Positions 1 through 12,983 are shown, counted from the first letter of the stretch. The stretch: DNA of 64,000 nucleotides from Tetramitus jugosus (GCA_937625935.1 OW569354.1:62001-126000), one strand, 5' to 3'. Notes: a model not told the origin generated them from the letters alone. A program made the numbers and translations.

Positions 1-319
1 GCAGCGAACGACATTGTACTGGATTCATCACTGATCTGACATTCAACATCAACATCCCAGGATCCAATTTTGCAGTCGGCATAAAGTGAGAGCAATCAAT
101 GGTTTCCGAGCTCACATGAACGCACTCTTGAGAATCCTCCTTACACGTGTAACCTTGTTTTTTCTTTTGGTTATTTTCAAGAGAGCTCTTGACTTCCTTC
201 AGTGAGAATCTGTGCATCGCATGGTGCCATGGTGAAGTTTCATTGGTGGTGGACGAGGAGAGACTATGGAGAGTGGATCGATGGGTGGGGTAATAGATTG
301 TCTCGTCATTTGATTTCAT
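1..319 (-). CDS. 5' part of a gene running off the window edge (MKSNDETIYY...NVRSVMNPVQCRSL); possibly a 2OG-Fe(II)/prolyl-hydroxylase-like protein
   Basis: Manual translation: ATG at 319 and an open frame to position 1. The family guess rests only on the resemblance of 'NVRSVMNPVQCRSL' to the start of P4H-like domains. Confidence 0.45.
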   Translation of the reverse strand, partial: MKSNDETIYYPTHRSTLHSLSSSTTNETSPWHHAMHRFSLKEVKSSLENNQKKKQGYTCKEDSQECVHVSSETIDCSHFMPTAKLDPGMLMLNVRSVMNPVQCRSL

Positions 320-373
320 TTGTTCAAGTGTTTGCTGGATCAAAAACAGGGAAAGATTTGAACGCAAAAGGAG

Positions 374-446
374 TGGTCGTTGCAGGGATCGAACCTGCGA
401 CCAATGGCTTATTAGACCAACGCTCTACCGACTGAGCTAAACGACC
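374..446 (-). tRNA. tRNA-Ile (anticodon AAT)
   Basis: Reverse complement GGTCGTT TA GCTCAGTCGGTAGAGC G TTGGT CTAATAA GCCAT TGGTC GCAGG TTCGATC CCTGC AACGACC A folds as a cloverleaf. A and B boxes are present and a T4 run lies just downstream. Confidence 0.96.
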
Positions 447-501
447 TCAGATATTGATATTTCTCTCGATATAAATTTATTTCTAAAAATAGAAATCAAA
501 A

Positions 502-621
502 GCCGTGGCAAACGGGACACCCACGAATGGTGCTAGCCTCAATGGGACAACCAACGAAAGAAACAAAAAGAGCAACTGCAATGGTATTAAATGGCCGACG
601 AAACCAACAGAAAGTGAGCAA
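502..621 (+). mobile_element. Putative very short 3'-end remnant of the non-LTR retrotransposon family found at 31436-32246
   Basis: 591-621 ATGGCCGACGAAACCAACAG-----AAAGTGAGCAA aligns with the element 3' end ATGGCCGAAGAAAACAAAAGACAATAAAGTGAGCAA (reverse complement of 31435-31470). The GC-richer block starts about 55 nt upstream of tRNA-Ile and points away from it. No clean TSD; boundaries are approximate. Confidence 0.45.
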
Positions 622-1159
622 CCGAAATGGTTGTACAATACTAATAAAACAGAACAATCTCGAGGAAGTGAGTGCAACTGGTCTTTCCTAAGATGGGATT
701 CAAAGCGCCTTCGAGAAGGTCTTAAGACAGAATGGGATGAAGAAAGTGGTGGCAGAGAAGAAAGAACAACTTATAAAAACGTCCAAAACAAAAACCCTTA
801 AAATGAAGAGCAAGTAAGTGTCTTGATGACTGCACTAAACCATCCTAACTTTTTCCCTTATTATGTGCGAGGAACCATTGTATTCCCAGAACGTCCTTCA
901 CGGGACGAATCCTTTTCTTGGATCGATTATTCCGCCAAAAAAACAAATCAAAAATCGGAAGGAAAGAGAGAACACCAGAGCACAGAGACAAAAGAAATAT
1001 TTCGTCCCAAACAACAACAAACAACAGCACAACAGCACAACACTATTTATTTCAAAGGGACAACCACAACAACAACAACAACAACCGTTCTCCCTTTCCC
1101 ATCACCACCATTATATATCATCAATCAAACCGACACAACAACAGCTATTTTCTATTTAA

Positions 1160-3013
1160 TTGATGAGTGTTCTGAAGAAATTAAACAAAAAAGAGGCTGT
1201 CAAGTACCAGTTCACTCTCACGATTGAGTCACTCGATCATTTTTATCCACATGGCACTCAAGAATCCTCAGAGGAATCCGAAAGCAAAGACGGCGGCGAA
1301 AAACGAAAGTCCGCCAATCGGAAATCAATTGTCGGAAAATTAAGCTTTGGCATGGCAAAAAACGCGGGACCTTTGGCGGTAGAATGTAGCTACAGTATTT
1401 TTTGGAAACGTGGGTCGAAACGGAATGGAAGAACAGGTTTCGTAGCATACAAAAACCTCAGCAAGAGCAAGGTAGCCAAGTCTAGCAGTAGTAGGAGGGC
1501 CAACCGCTCTGGAAGCAATAGCTCCAGTAGCTCTGATGCCGATGCAGGTGGTCGCCTTCGCATCAATGATGTCTTCAACTTTAATGGAACCATGTTTCCC
1601 GCGGGAAAAAACGGTAAATTTGTAAAAAAGAAGCTAAAGTTTGATTTGCATGAACGTTTGTTGACGGATGATGCCACGAGCAGCACAGGTGACAAGATTG
1701 CGACATGTGAGTTGAATCTTGCTGATTTTATCGAATCGGACCATGAAGGTGAAGTCACTAGGACGACTCAACTGGAGCTTGACTATGGAAAGGGCAAGGG
1801 TGTTGGTTCTCTCATCTTGACCATTGTTACCTCGTTGAGTGATGACCCAATCACGACTGCTACGAGCACAATGTCTGAAATGGGCTCTGATGACGATGCC
1901 ACGGACACTGATATGAACAGCAGTACGGACAGAAATGGTCGAGGAGGCCCTACGAGAGCAAAATCTGCTGCTGTGTCGGTTCTAGAGACTGAAAATGCGG
2001 ATCTGAGGGAACAAATATCGTACTACAAGAGAAAGGTTGAAGAATTGGAGATGATTCAATCAGGCAAAGAATCTGATAGTATTGATCTCGTGCTGGAGCT
2101 TCAAAAGGAGCGTGATACATTGAGACAGAGACTAAAGTTGGCTCAAATCGAGTGTGATCAAATGAGAGAGGAGAGAGATCAGGCGAGCAAGGAGGCGAGA
2201 GAGCGCGCGCGCATGGGTTCCATCGGTTCCAAAATCAGGGGAATCACAACAAAGATTGGATTGATGAAACAGGAGGGAGACAATGGATCGTACGAGAGTG
2301 TGGATCAAGGCATTGAGAGACTGTATGAACTAGAGAAGGAGAATCTAAAGTTGAAGCAGCAGGTCAAATTGCTGACAACTGATAGCTCACAACTCGTGGG
2401 CGACGAGAAGGATGAAGATAAGGAAAAGTTGGTGAAGCAAGTTTCGGAACTGAGAAAGAAGATTGCCACTTTGGAGATTGATGGTACTCGAAAGCGCAAA
2501 AACAGTGATGCTGGTAGTGACCCAATTACTAATTTCCTACAGGAGGAGCTTGCATCATTCCTGGATAAGGAAGTGATGCCTCTCTTGTCGAATGCAATCA
2601 CAAAAAATCAGATGGAGTTCACATATGCCGATATTGCTGTTGCACAACTGGGAATATGCAAAACTTTTATGCAGCACGGATTCTTGCAAGATAACTATTT
2701 CTTCAAACTCATAGACAGGATTGACAAACGAATGTTTGGCTTGTTGATGAAGAAGAACTCGTTAGAATCAGCAGACGGTTTTCGAGCAAAGATGGCTATA
2801 TCAGTACTGGAGCATTTCGTCGTTGAAGTAGTCGGAGAGGAGAGGATGAAGAGTCGTTCGACATTCCAAAGGACGCGGCAGTGTGCTGATATTTGTGTGT
2901 TACACAAGGCGACAGTACTAAAAAGTGATGAAATGAGGCGAATGGTCTGCCCTGATCTGAGTTTCGAGCAAGTGAAACTCATTTGTCACAAACTTGGTTT
3001 GGTGAAGGCATAA
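1160..3013 (+). CDS. NT-C2 (EEIG1/EHBP1-type) domain + coiled coil + C-terminal dilute (DIL) domain protein
   Basis: N-terminus 'YQFTLTIESL...IFWKRGSKRNGRT...KIATCELNLADF' matches NT-C2. C-terminus 'GFRAKMAISVLEHF...TRQCADICVLHK...VCPDLSFEQVKLI' matches DIL. Confidence 0.75.
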   Translation: MMSVLKKLNKKEAVKYQFTLTIESLDHFYPHGTQESSEESESKDGGEKRKSANRKSIVGKLSFGMAKNAGPLAVECSYSIFWKRGSKRNGRTGFVAYKNLSKSKVAKSSSSRRANRSGSNSSSSSDADAGGRLRINDVFNFNGTMFPAGKNGKFVKKKLKFDLHERLLTDDATSSTGDKIATCELNLADFIESDHEGEVTRTTQLELDYGKGKGVGSLILTIVTSLSDDPITTATSTMSEMGSDDDATDTDMNSSTDRNGRGGPTRAKSAAVSVLETENADLREQISYYKRKVEELEMIQSGKESDSIDLVLELQKERDTLRQRLKLAQIECDQMREERDQASKEARERARMGSIGSKIRGITTKIGLMKQEGDNGSYESVDQGIERLYELEKENLKLKQQVKLLTTDSSQLVGDEKDEDKEKLVKQVSELRKKIATLEIDGTRKRKNSDAGSDPITNFLQEELASFLDKEVMPLLSNAITKNQMEFTYADIAVAQLGICKTFMQHGFLQDNYFFKLIDRIDKRMFGLLMKKNSLESADGFRAKMAISVLEHFVVEVVGEERMKSRSTFQRTRQCADICVLHKATVLKSDEMRRMVCPDLSFEQVKLICHKLGLVKA

Positions 3014-3121
3014 ATCCTGCACATTCCATTTTCATTTTCCACATGACAGACTGACAAGTGCTGTCAAAAGGCAAATTATTAGTTAATTATTTATCATATA
3101 AATTGTACAAAACGAGAGACT

Positions 3122-6100
3122 TTAATTTGTGTTAGTTTTCATGTTTTCATATTGCGAGATGAGACCTTGCAAGGATACAACCAAGCGTTTCCATGCTTCA
3201 ACCTCCTGCGTTGGACACGAAGCGTCCTTGTATTGAGTCAATTGATTCAACACTCTCGTGTAGTCTGCAACCTTGGCCGGTAACTTATCTTTCAAGAATG
3301 AATAGAAGCAGACACCGTACAGAAGGAACGCCTGAGTGAACAGTGGGTCAGTAGAGTTTTGTGGAACAACGGACCCAATTTCAACGAATGCAGCTTGGTG
3401 ATGGTCTCCTGGTTCTGCGCCCATGCACACACAGATAAATAGATTCAAGAGTCCCCAGAGACACAGAGAGATTGGTTTCTTCAAAGATAGGGTATCTAAG
3501 CTCAATTGAATCCAATCACCAAATGAGCTACTTGGAAGTGGTTGAGCGACTACCTTTCTGAATGAAGCGTTCTTTGACTGGACAGGAGATCCCTTCAACC
3601 TATTCTGTTCCTTGGTGTAAGCTTCTGGCAAATGAATTCGAAGGAAAAGACTGAGAAGTGATGGATGCGCCTTTGGATTTTGATACTCATTGTAAATCAG
3701 AGGCAGTATCTGCTCGGGATCGAAGAAGTCTTCCAAGAGCTGTGGAATAAATTTCAGTAACACTTCGGCTTCTCTATGCATCTCGTAATCGTGTAATTGC
3801 TGGAATAGTTGTAAAACATTGACACGTATATGCTCTTTCTCTTCATCGGACTGCTTAGTTCCTGCCGTATACATGGACGTGACCATCAAGCCCAACGACA
3901 ATACCTTGCGCGTATGGGAGTTTCGAGCAACAGTTCTGGCTTCAGTCTTATGCAGCACCCTCGTCACAGTTTGCTCTTGAATCTGTGCTGCATTCTGACT
4001 GGCTTGCTTCGAGGGAGATGTGATACTGAACAGAGATGTGGAAGGTGGTGGTGTGAGTGCGGTGGTTGGCGGTCCTGTAATGAATAACTGAAGCTGTATG
4101 TGCTGGGCTGGAGCATTTAAGCTGAACAGAACAGGAAGTTTAGACAAGCTATTTCGACGATGAGCAGGTGCCAACTCTCCAACAGATTGATTCAAGTCTG
4201 ATGTGGACAATGATCTACTCATATTGTTAGATGAAGCAGCATGTCTGAAGTCATCAGTTGACATAGAAGGAGCCAAGGTCTTCGCTGCAGCTTCCAAAGA
4301 ATTCTTCAATCCAATACTCGAAGTAAAATTGTTCAAGGTTGATCCAGATAGATTTCTAACATGGAACCAACTCTTTTTTGGTTGTTGAGCAGTTGTTGCA
4401 GGAATGTTAGCTGGTCTTCCATCGATTGATATTCTTGTGCCTCCATTCATGTCATTACCTCTTTGCTTCTTCTTACTATTGTGCTGGACAGAAGTGAGGG
4501 CTTCAATGAGTTTACGTTCGAGGTGTGATAACGCATAGTTTGCGAGCAAATGTTCAAGGGCTTCATGAACACTGACGACCACGTCGAGCGGTGTTCGACT
4601 GTTATCAGCAAGACTGAACAATGCTTCCATCGCCTTTCTTGTAATCTTATGCGTACTAGCATCCGGATATGATTCAATAATGGATGCAATCATACGAATT
4701 TGTAATTTCAGAGAATGGGTCGTTTGGTTTTCTTCAAGGAACCATTTTTGGAAATTGTCAGACAAGAATGGCAGGAATTCTGATACTACCTTAGTCACTC
4801 TGTGTTGAATAAATATGAGAATACTGAGATTGGCACAGAGTCGAGTATGAGGATCTAACATTGCATCTTGTAGAACTTGAAGGATGAAACCTGATTGATT
4901 CTTAATGACTTGGATCAGATTATTGGTTTGTCTGGCTCGAATCATCTCTGTATTGGCCACTTCTTCTTGATTATAGAGCACAGAATAGGATTTGGCAAGT
5001 CCTAGAACGACATACTGCTTAATTAGCCAGTCTTCGTTTTGGACAGCGTCAGTGTAAGCGGCCTTATAAACATCATACACCCACTGGAACGTGTAGGCTT
5101 CTGGATTAACTGACAAGAATAGAGTCGGGTTGCGTGACATGATCAATGTAAGGGACTTGAGAATCTCCTTCACAAATGCAGGATTAGACTTCTTGTGCTT
5201 TTTGATAGCATCATCCAGATACCTCATGTACCCATTGAGAATTGCTCTCGCATAAACTTCATCAATCTTGATTGATTGTCTCTTCTCCTTCATCTTGTGT
5301 TTAACATTCTTCAACAGGTATTGATCAACTGTTTGTAGTAGTGAATACAAAGCTTTTCCAAATTGTTTGACCTTTTGTTGAACGGCCAGTCCCTTCTTTG
5401 GTGCTTGGGCAGCGAATTTAACAAGGCAGAGCATATTTGTGATGAGTTTGAGAACAGCGAGTTGGAGCTCATCGAAAGAAGGTAACGTGCATAAATATTG
5501 GAACAAATCGAATAACATATCCCAGAGAGCCTGGAAGGTTTTCTCGTCACAAGATATTTCGTTAATCATCACGTTGATCAATTCAATTTGTGCTTCGTCA
5601 ATGCTAGGTCCCATATCATCTTCACTCGGCAGGAATCGTCGATATGCAAGCGCAGGATAGTGTTGACAAATTTGTACAGCAGCTCTTCTAATCATGGGAA
5701 GATGTTTTTGAGTGACAAATGGTATCAGATTTCCGATACAGAACTGGCGATGGCGCGATTTTTCGTCTTTGGTGATCACATACGTACGAGATATAATCTT
5801 CATCACTTGTCTTTCAACAGATTCAGTACCCTTGAGGAACATCAGCTTAGTTTTACTGTCGACAGTAATCATATCAACTAGCAGCTTGGACATGTGGATG
5901 ATAAATTTGTCCCAATCATTTTTCAATGTGGAATCTGACTCCTGATAGTTGACAAAATCAATAATATTGAGAGATGCGTTGAGCAGAACATCGACATCAG
6001 CAGTATCAGCAGCGTTCTCTTCTAACACTTCAATATAGAATAATTCTACCAGTTTGCAGTAATATTGCATCAAGAAGCACTTGTTTGACGCACCACAATA

Positions 6101-9100
6101 GAAACTGCTTTCCAAATCTTGTGTCTCGGATAGCTCAAAGTGTTTATCAATCAACTTGATCACATCAGTCGCCAAACTTGCAAATGTTGAAAATCGTTGC
6201 TTTCCATTTTGTAACTCAGCTTCCATCTTCTCATAGAAGAATGAGAAGAACGTTTCCAGTTGAGGGACAGTGGTTAAGCAGTGAATAACATCACTCAAAC
6301 GATTAATATCGTTGTTGGGGATACTCTTTGAGAGTTCTATCACAGTTTTTTGCGCAGATGGCTTCATGCTTGCAATACAAATTGGAGCGTATTTCATCAT
6401 TGACTGTTCTGAGAATGGCTTAAAACGAGCCAATAATTTGGCTACCACATTCTCTTCCTGGTAAATGTTCTCGCTTTCTTTCATTGTGCTTACAACTTCC
6501 TTCTCTGCATTTTCGAGGGAATAAGTTGCAAGAGGAGAAGTTTCAAATATTGAGCTAGCATCCAAGTCTGAATCTTTCATACAAATGGATGAGATTACAG
6601 ACTTGTAAATCTTTTTGTGGAAAAAGAGTGGGAGGTGTTCAGCTTCCTTGTATGCATCCATGAAAATGTTCAGAACAGATTTGAATGGTGGCAACAACTC
6701 CACAAGGGTAACTAATTTTCGTAACTCATTTAGGTACAGATGTCTTGTCGCATAGCGCTGAACTCTCTCGAGTACAAATTGCACTAATCCGACAGCCAAT
6801 TGATCCTTATTTGGATAGTCTTCAACATCGGATGTAAACCTCTTGATGAATTGCTGCACGACAGGCTCTTTGAAATCAACAAGAACTTGGTTCCAGAAGT
6901 CAGGGGATGTAGCAATAAATTCGTTGTTTTCGAAGAAGGTGGTAATAACACTCTGTTTGTCAGCAGTTGGTAATCCCAGTAGATGACATAGTGGAAGGAA
7001 AGTGATCTTTGTAAATAGAGAGTTCGAGTGTGTTTCGTAACTACGGCCTGTAGTTTTTTTAAGTTCAGTTGCAAGGATATCCAACACCTTCATCTTGAAT
7101 GATGGATTAGCTTGTGAAATGCGAGCATATATGGACACCAGTGCTGAGTAAAGTTGATAGGACATCCTGTATGGGAACATCTCATCTGTCACAATAGGGA
7201 AATATGGGGACAGAATCAATTCAACCTTCTCTGCGATAAATTCTGATTCAGAAGGAGAGAGCACGAGCAACACGTTGATCACGTTATACACCTCAAAAAG
7301 CATATTGGTCATATAAATGGTCATCTGTTTCGTCACAGAGATACTACAGGAAGCGAAATGCTCGAATGAATAGCCAACTATTTCCATGAAGTGACTAAAT
7401 AAATCCCTCATTTTGACTCGATCAGTATTCAAATACTTCATATTGTTCAAAAATCTCATGATCATTAGTGCTTTGAATAGATTAGAATCCAAACTTCTGT
7501 TTAACTGAGATTCATGTCCCACACTGACGGGTGATAAGGCTATTCGATCTGGGGTGTTAGGAGTGCCAATTCTCGAATGAGACTCTAAAGTAGGTAGAAG
7601 CTCTGTCTGCAGAAGAGTGTAGGCTCGACGGCAATATCCAGTTAGATCCGGTTCTTCTGGGTCAACATACAATGAATCCAAAAAGCTTATGGATGTTGTC
7701 AGTTCATTCTCTACGTTGTTCCAGTTGACTTCTAAATCGAACTTTGTATCTTTGACCAGTTTATCGCAAAGAATAATAGTGAGTCGTTTCCACATAGACC
7801 TGTCTTTTCGCACGTTATTCAGCACAAGAGTAAGCACACTGAGGCACTCTGAATACTTGATATGATCCATGAAAATTTCCAACAATTTTCTTCCATAATT
7901 ACCAGGCTCGTCACTTTTGACTGGCGCAGTTTGACGAGTTAAGTAGAGGTAACTACGAATCATGAGAGGACTAAGTGCCCTTAATAACACCGCAGTGCTC
8001 CACTGTGTTGATTTAAGACCCGAACTAATGGTCGCAAGCAATATTTCCTCTTCCAGTTCCTTGGTAGAATGCTTCACAGTAAAGATCAGAACTGATAGAA
8101 AATCAATAATCTGATGAAGTGTTTCAGATGGGTCATGATCGGATAAATAAGATTGCATCTCATTGATTAGTTTCAAGATGTGCTTCAGTAGGGTGTTGTC
8201 TTTGTCCAGTCTCTTGAAATCCACATTGGCACATACCATCCGAGACAACATAAATAGTATCAAGTTTTGGAGTTGATGTGAATGTGTGTTTTTGAACGAT
8301 TCAATAATTTCACCAACAATTGGCTCGAACATTTCCAATACACTCGTCACAGTCAAGGTCTTAGAACTATGGTTCAGTAGAATTGTTGGCGACTTGTTCG
8401 AATGCAAGAGCGAAGTTGTTCTAATACGTTGATAATTATCTCGTTCGGGCTCAGATGTTTGGACAGGTTGAGATTCCTTCGTAAATACAGTATTGGCAAA
8501 CAAAGTATCGAACACTGAGGATTTGACACTATTCTCAATGTATGGACTTTGTTGTCTGCTGGTGTCGATCATATAGTAGTTATTCTGTTGCGAGAACAGA
8601 ATTGCAAAGAGTTCCTGCACACATAGAATTGTGTTCACCTTGTCTTTCGAAATTTGAGCTCGAAGTGCTGTCACAATAGGAACACAATTATCAATTATTG
8701 TTGCTTGATGACCACCTACCGTGAGGAAATACAGTGAACGTAATATCTTGCCTCTCAAAATTGATATAGAATCAGTATTGTCCAGACTACCGAAAGATGC
8801 ACGCAGTGATCTTTGAAGATTTGTGAACAACTTTTCAAAAACGAATCCAGACATTTTCTTCGCATAAACATATTGCTTATCATTGTAAGTTGATGAAGGT
8901 TTTGCATCCAAATCAGATATCACTTCCAAAAGGAAGAGCAAATATTGGAGGATTGATGTTGTAATGTCACGCGTGGATCCAACCACATATGCTAACTCTA
9001 AACAAAATACTCCAACAGTCTCTACAATATCTCCATGCACATTCAAATCATTCGAGATCTCGGAGAAATTGATAAAGTCTAACATCTTTGCCAAAATTTC

Positions 9101-11497
9101 GAAGGCAAAATATGATAAAATAGGATGCCCCACTGATGATATTGCCTTCTTCGTATTAATATAGTAGGCGTTGCTCTCGTCATAAGTTCCATATGCCTTG
9201 GCTATCGAGCTCATTAGTTTCAGCAAACCTGATAATTTGTTTTTATCGTTACTGATCAAGTTAAGTTCAATCAAACTTCTTCGCATAATCACAACAATAT
9301 TTTCCAATTCGTGATCTCGGATGACAACTGAATATGCCTGTGTACTGTTCTTTTTAACAGTCTCAGAAATAATCTGTTTCAATAACCGAGCTTCATATTC
9401 GTCACAATGACGTTCTAAAAAGTAGCGATTATTGTTGTCGCGCTCCTCTTGAATTCCGTTCAAGTGAGGAATAATCTTCAAAAACGTTGCGCATGTCTGT
9501 GTAATAACAGTATCTTTGTCATCTGCAATGTATTTCCACAAAACCTGCTCCACAAGAATCTGTGTAATTGATCGAGACAACAATATCGATTTTTGGTCAC
9601 CAGAGTTCGTTGTTCGCTTTCTTTCATAATACTCGAGCAGAGTAAAATCAAATGATTGCAAAAGGTACAAAATTTCACATTTAACTCCCCAAAAATTGTC
9701 ATCGAGCGTTACGAATGTGTGCAACAATTGTGGTACATTGTGGCAAAATTCAGGAACATCTAGACATTGTGGTAAGCATTGAGCACACGCGATACACAAC
9801 ATCTTCAGACACAACATATTCTTCTCTTGCCGCGTCAAATCGATCAAATGCATTACTAACATATGCAACAATTCGAGTTCGGTGTATTTCTTCTCTGAAT
9901 CCAGAGAAATAGTAGAGGTAGTTGATGTAGGTTCATCCTTAAATCGAATAGGCAGACTCGTCAGAGGAATATGATTCTCGATACAAGTTCCAATCACTGA
10001 TCCAATCACAATGGCTACTTTACCTCGCAATGAGTAGTCCTCATGGAACGATAAGTTCAATAAATAGTTGATAGATACTGGAAGAAGGGATGTGAACATC
10101 ATGTGCAACAGACGAAAAAAACATAAAATCATGTACATACTGTCATTCTCATATAACGATCGAATCGTTATCTCAGGGAAAACATGTAAAAATTGATCCA
10201 CGGCCTCAAGTGCCGATGTCTTCACAGTCACCAATTCATGAGTCTTTGTTGTATGGAACAACTTCTTTGTCAAATCATGAATCTTCTCTTTTCTCCAATG
10301 TTTACAGTACTGACCAAACAGAGTTAACAACTTGGCCAACAGAGAGAACGATGCAGTCAGTGTTTTTTGATCGTTGATTGACAAACTTTGAATCAACAAA
10401 TCACATATCAGATTCGCAAACGACTGATTCAGTGAATAGTGAGATGGAGTAGCACGAGAGCTCCGTCGAGAGAATAGATCCAGCACAGAAAGAATCTCAG
10501 TAAAAGTTTGAATACAACCTTGTAAACAATCCCTATTATTACAAATGTACTTGTTGTTTTCATCTTGCTAAAATATCGACAACAAAAAATTGAGTCATCT
10601 CTTCAATTGAAAAACAACATCGAGTCAAACACAAAAAACAAACCAAACACTTACCTTTAGCGTGGCAACAGCCATATCATACAATTGATAGCACACATCA
10701 CTGATTGGACACTTGATAACATATCGACAAATGTGTCCAATGCAATGAGAGGCTCCTCTTCTCACCTCCACTGCATCATTGCCCAACAGTGGTAGCACTG
10801 CATCAATCATTTGTGTACACTCTGCTTCTTCAAAATAAAATCCCAAAATTTTCAAAATGTCCTCAATCGACTCTGCCAACACAGTCTACACAACGCATCA
10901 TATAATGATCAATATTTTGAACTCACAAAGAGCAACAAACATTACACAACAATGAAAAATACACACAAGATATAAACACACCACACATACCATAATTGTA
11001 GGATCACCCTCTTGAAACATGCTCGTGAACTGCCCAAGCAAAAACTCGACAAATGTTCGACATTTTTGAGGCCGAATGTGATGACAAACGTTTGAAAAGT
11101 GATAGATGGCACCCTTCTGAGACATCCTATTTGTAAATTTCATACTCTTGAACAACACTACGAGAATCTTGTCACTGTGATGATCAATTCGTGCCTTAAT
11201 CACTTTTTTCAAATGATCGTCAGCACTGAGACGAATATCAGAAGATGTGTCTCCCATTGCTTTCAACATGAGTTGAATACAGGGTGATAGATATTGACGA
11301 ACGTCTTGAAATCTGGTTGTTTGATTGTGAGAGGAGAAGTAGTCTGAAATGTGTCTGAGCGCTTCCTGTACATGACGTTTTCTTTCGGCTTCCATGGATG
11401 CATTGTTGACTACAACACTAGTCGTGGTTGTTGATGATGCATCGTGTTCACTCAGATGATTCTTTAGTGTTTCGACATGAATGTTGATATCTGTCAT
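3122..11497 (-). CDS. HTT: Huntingtin orthologue (about 2727 aa HEAT-repeat protein); 3 exons: 10991-11497, 10655-10885, 3122-10567
   Basis: 'SDIRLSADDHLKKVIKA...HIRPQKCRTFVEFLL...LAESIEDILKILG...VRRGASHCIGHICRY' matches human HTT N-HEAT 'SDVRMVADECLNKVIKA...LVRPQKCRPYLVNLL...IRRTAAGSAVSICQH'. GT..AG introns at 10886-10990 and 10568-10654 join the three ORFs in frame. Confidence 0.88.
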
Positions 11498-12022
11498 TTT
11501 TCACTTGAACTCTCCACACAGTGTGATTGATGATAATTAAATATGAGTTCGTTAAAGCTTTTTTTGTAATGTACAACAATGAGTGCAATCAAAACACAAC
11601 ACGTGATCGTTTGCTATGTGGCTGGATTAGTTTGATAGTTCAAACTGCTCGCTGATGCAATGTCGTGTTCGTTGTTGGTGTGAAACAGGGGAGAACAAGA
11701 AGAAAAAGCTTTTTTGTGTGGTTTTGTAACTGGGCGGGGATCGTTGTTTTGTTGGTTCCCGAAATAGAATCGCGAAAAAAGTTGTCTCACATGAGGATAA
11801 CAAGAGTGAACTCAGTGGCCTTTCTTAAGTTATCCATGAGGCACGGCACTGCAGTTTCACTTTGAAGTCGTCTCACTAGATGGTACTCAGTTTGCATACC
11901 ACAAATCTGCATCCAAGTTCAAAAATAGAGCCGCAAAAACAATTCTGCTTCAAGATTGAAAAAGCAACATCAAAAAACAAAAAATACAAAAAAACACAAC
12001 AAAAATCAACAAAACAACAAAA

Positions 12023-12937
12023 ATGCAGTCGCCGCCACTCACACCAGATCAAGTCAACTTTTTCCACGAGAATGGCTATCTCGTTCTCGAAAATTTTCGC
12101 ACTCCACAAGAAACCATTCAACTTCGTCAACGCATCGAACACATTATCGAATCACAATTCGATCCACAGACACACAAGAGCATCTTTACATGTGAACACG
12201 AAGAGAGTGGTCACATTCAAGACGAATATTTTTTAAACTCGAGTGAACAAATTAGTTTTTTTTTGGAGAATAACGCCGACGCAGTAAAACAAAATGGCGG
12301 AAAATTTATCATGAACAAAATTGGTCATGCATTGGCAGATAAGGACTCTGTGTTTAGAGATTTCACATTTAGAGACTTTGTTTGTGATGCAACAGCACAG
12401 TTGATGAATTATGAAGAGCCGACCGTTGTTCAGAGCATGTATATTTTTAAGCCACCTTTTATCGGAGGTCAAGTAACTCCGCATCGTGATGGAACGTTCG
12501 TATTGACGCATGAGAAGCCTTGTCTCGGTTGGTGGTTCCCACTGGAGGATGCCACGTTGACCAATGGATGCCTGTGGGGTGCTCCTGGCAGTCACAGAGA
12601 CGGATTGGCAACCAAGTGGGTGCGCACGTGTAGAGACAACTCGAAGAATCGAATGGAGTTTGTTCAGTTGATATCGGATGAGGAACAGAGAGCAAAGTTT
12701 GAAGAGAATGAGAAGAATGCGCATTATGTGCCGCTGGAGATGAAGTCTGGAAGTGTTGTCATCTTGCACGGTCACTTTTTGCACAAGTCTAACAGAAATG
12801 AGTCGAGCAAGAGTCGTGAAGCGTATACTTTCCACTTGGCAGACAAGAAGGATTATGAAATGACGCAGAATTGGTTGTTGAGAGACGAGTTCCCATCATT
12901 GTGGCCACACAAACAACAACAACAACAACAAGAATAA
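12023..12937 (+). CDS. Phytanoyl-CoA dioxygenase family protein (PHYHD1-like)
   Basis: 'FFHENGYLVLENF', 'NKIGHAL', 'QSMYIFKPPFIGGQVTPHRD' (HxD), 'WFPLEDATLTNGCLW', 'HKSNRNESSKSREAYTFH'. Confidence 0.92.
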   Translation: MQSPPLTPDQVNFFHENGYLVLENFRTPQETIQLRQRIEHIIESQFDPQTHKSIFTCEHEESGHIQDEYFLNSSEQISFFLENNADAVKQNGGKFIMNKIGHALADKDSVFRDFTFRDFVCDATAQLMNYEEPTVVQSMYIFKPPFIGGQVTPHRDGTFVLTHEKPCLGWWFPLEDATLTNGCLWGAPGSHRDGLATKWVRTCRDNSKNRMEFVQLISDEEQRAKFEENEKNAHYVPLEMKSGSVVILHGHFLHKSNRNESSKSREAYTFHLADKKDYEMTQNWLLRDEFPSLWPHKQQQQQQE

Positions 12938-12983
12938 ATGAACAATGAACTACTTGAATAATTAAATATCAGACGCAAAATTT

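Noticed and set aside
823-1227. Three short overlapping ORFs upstream of the NT-C2 gene
   Set aside because: Products of a stop-poor CAA-rich leader; no recognisable domains.
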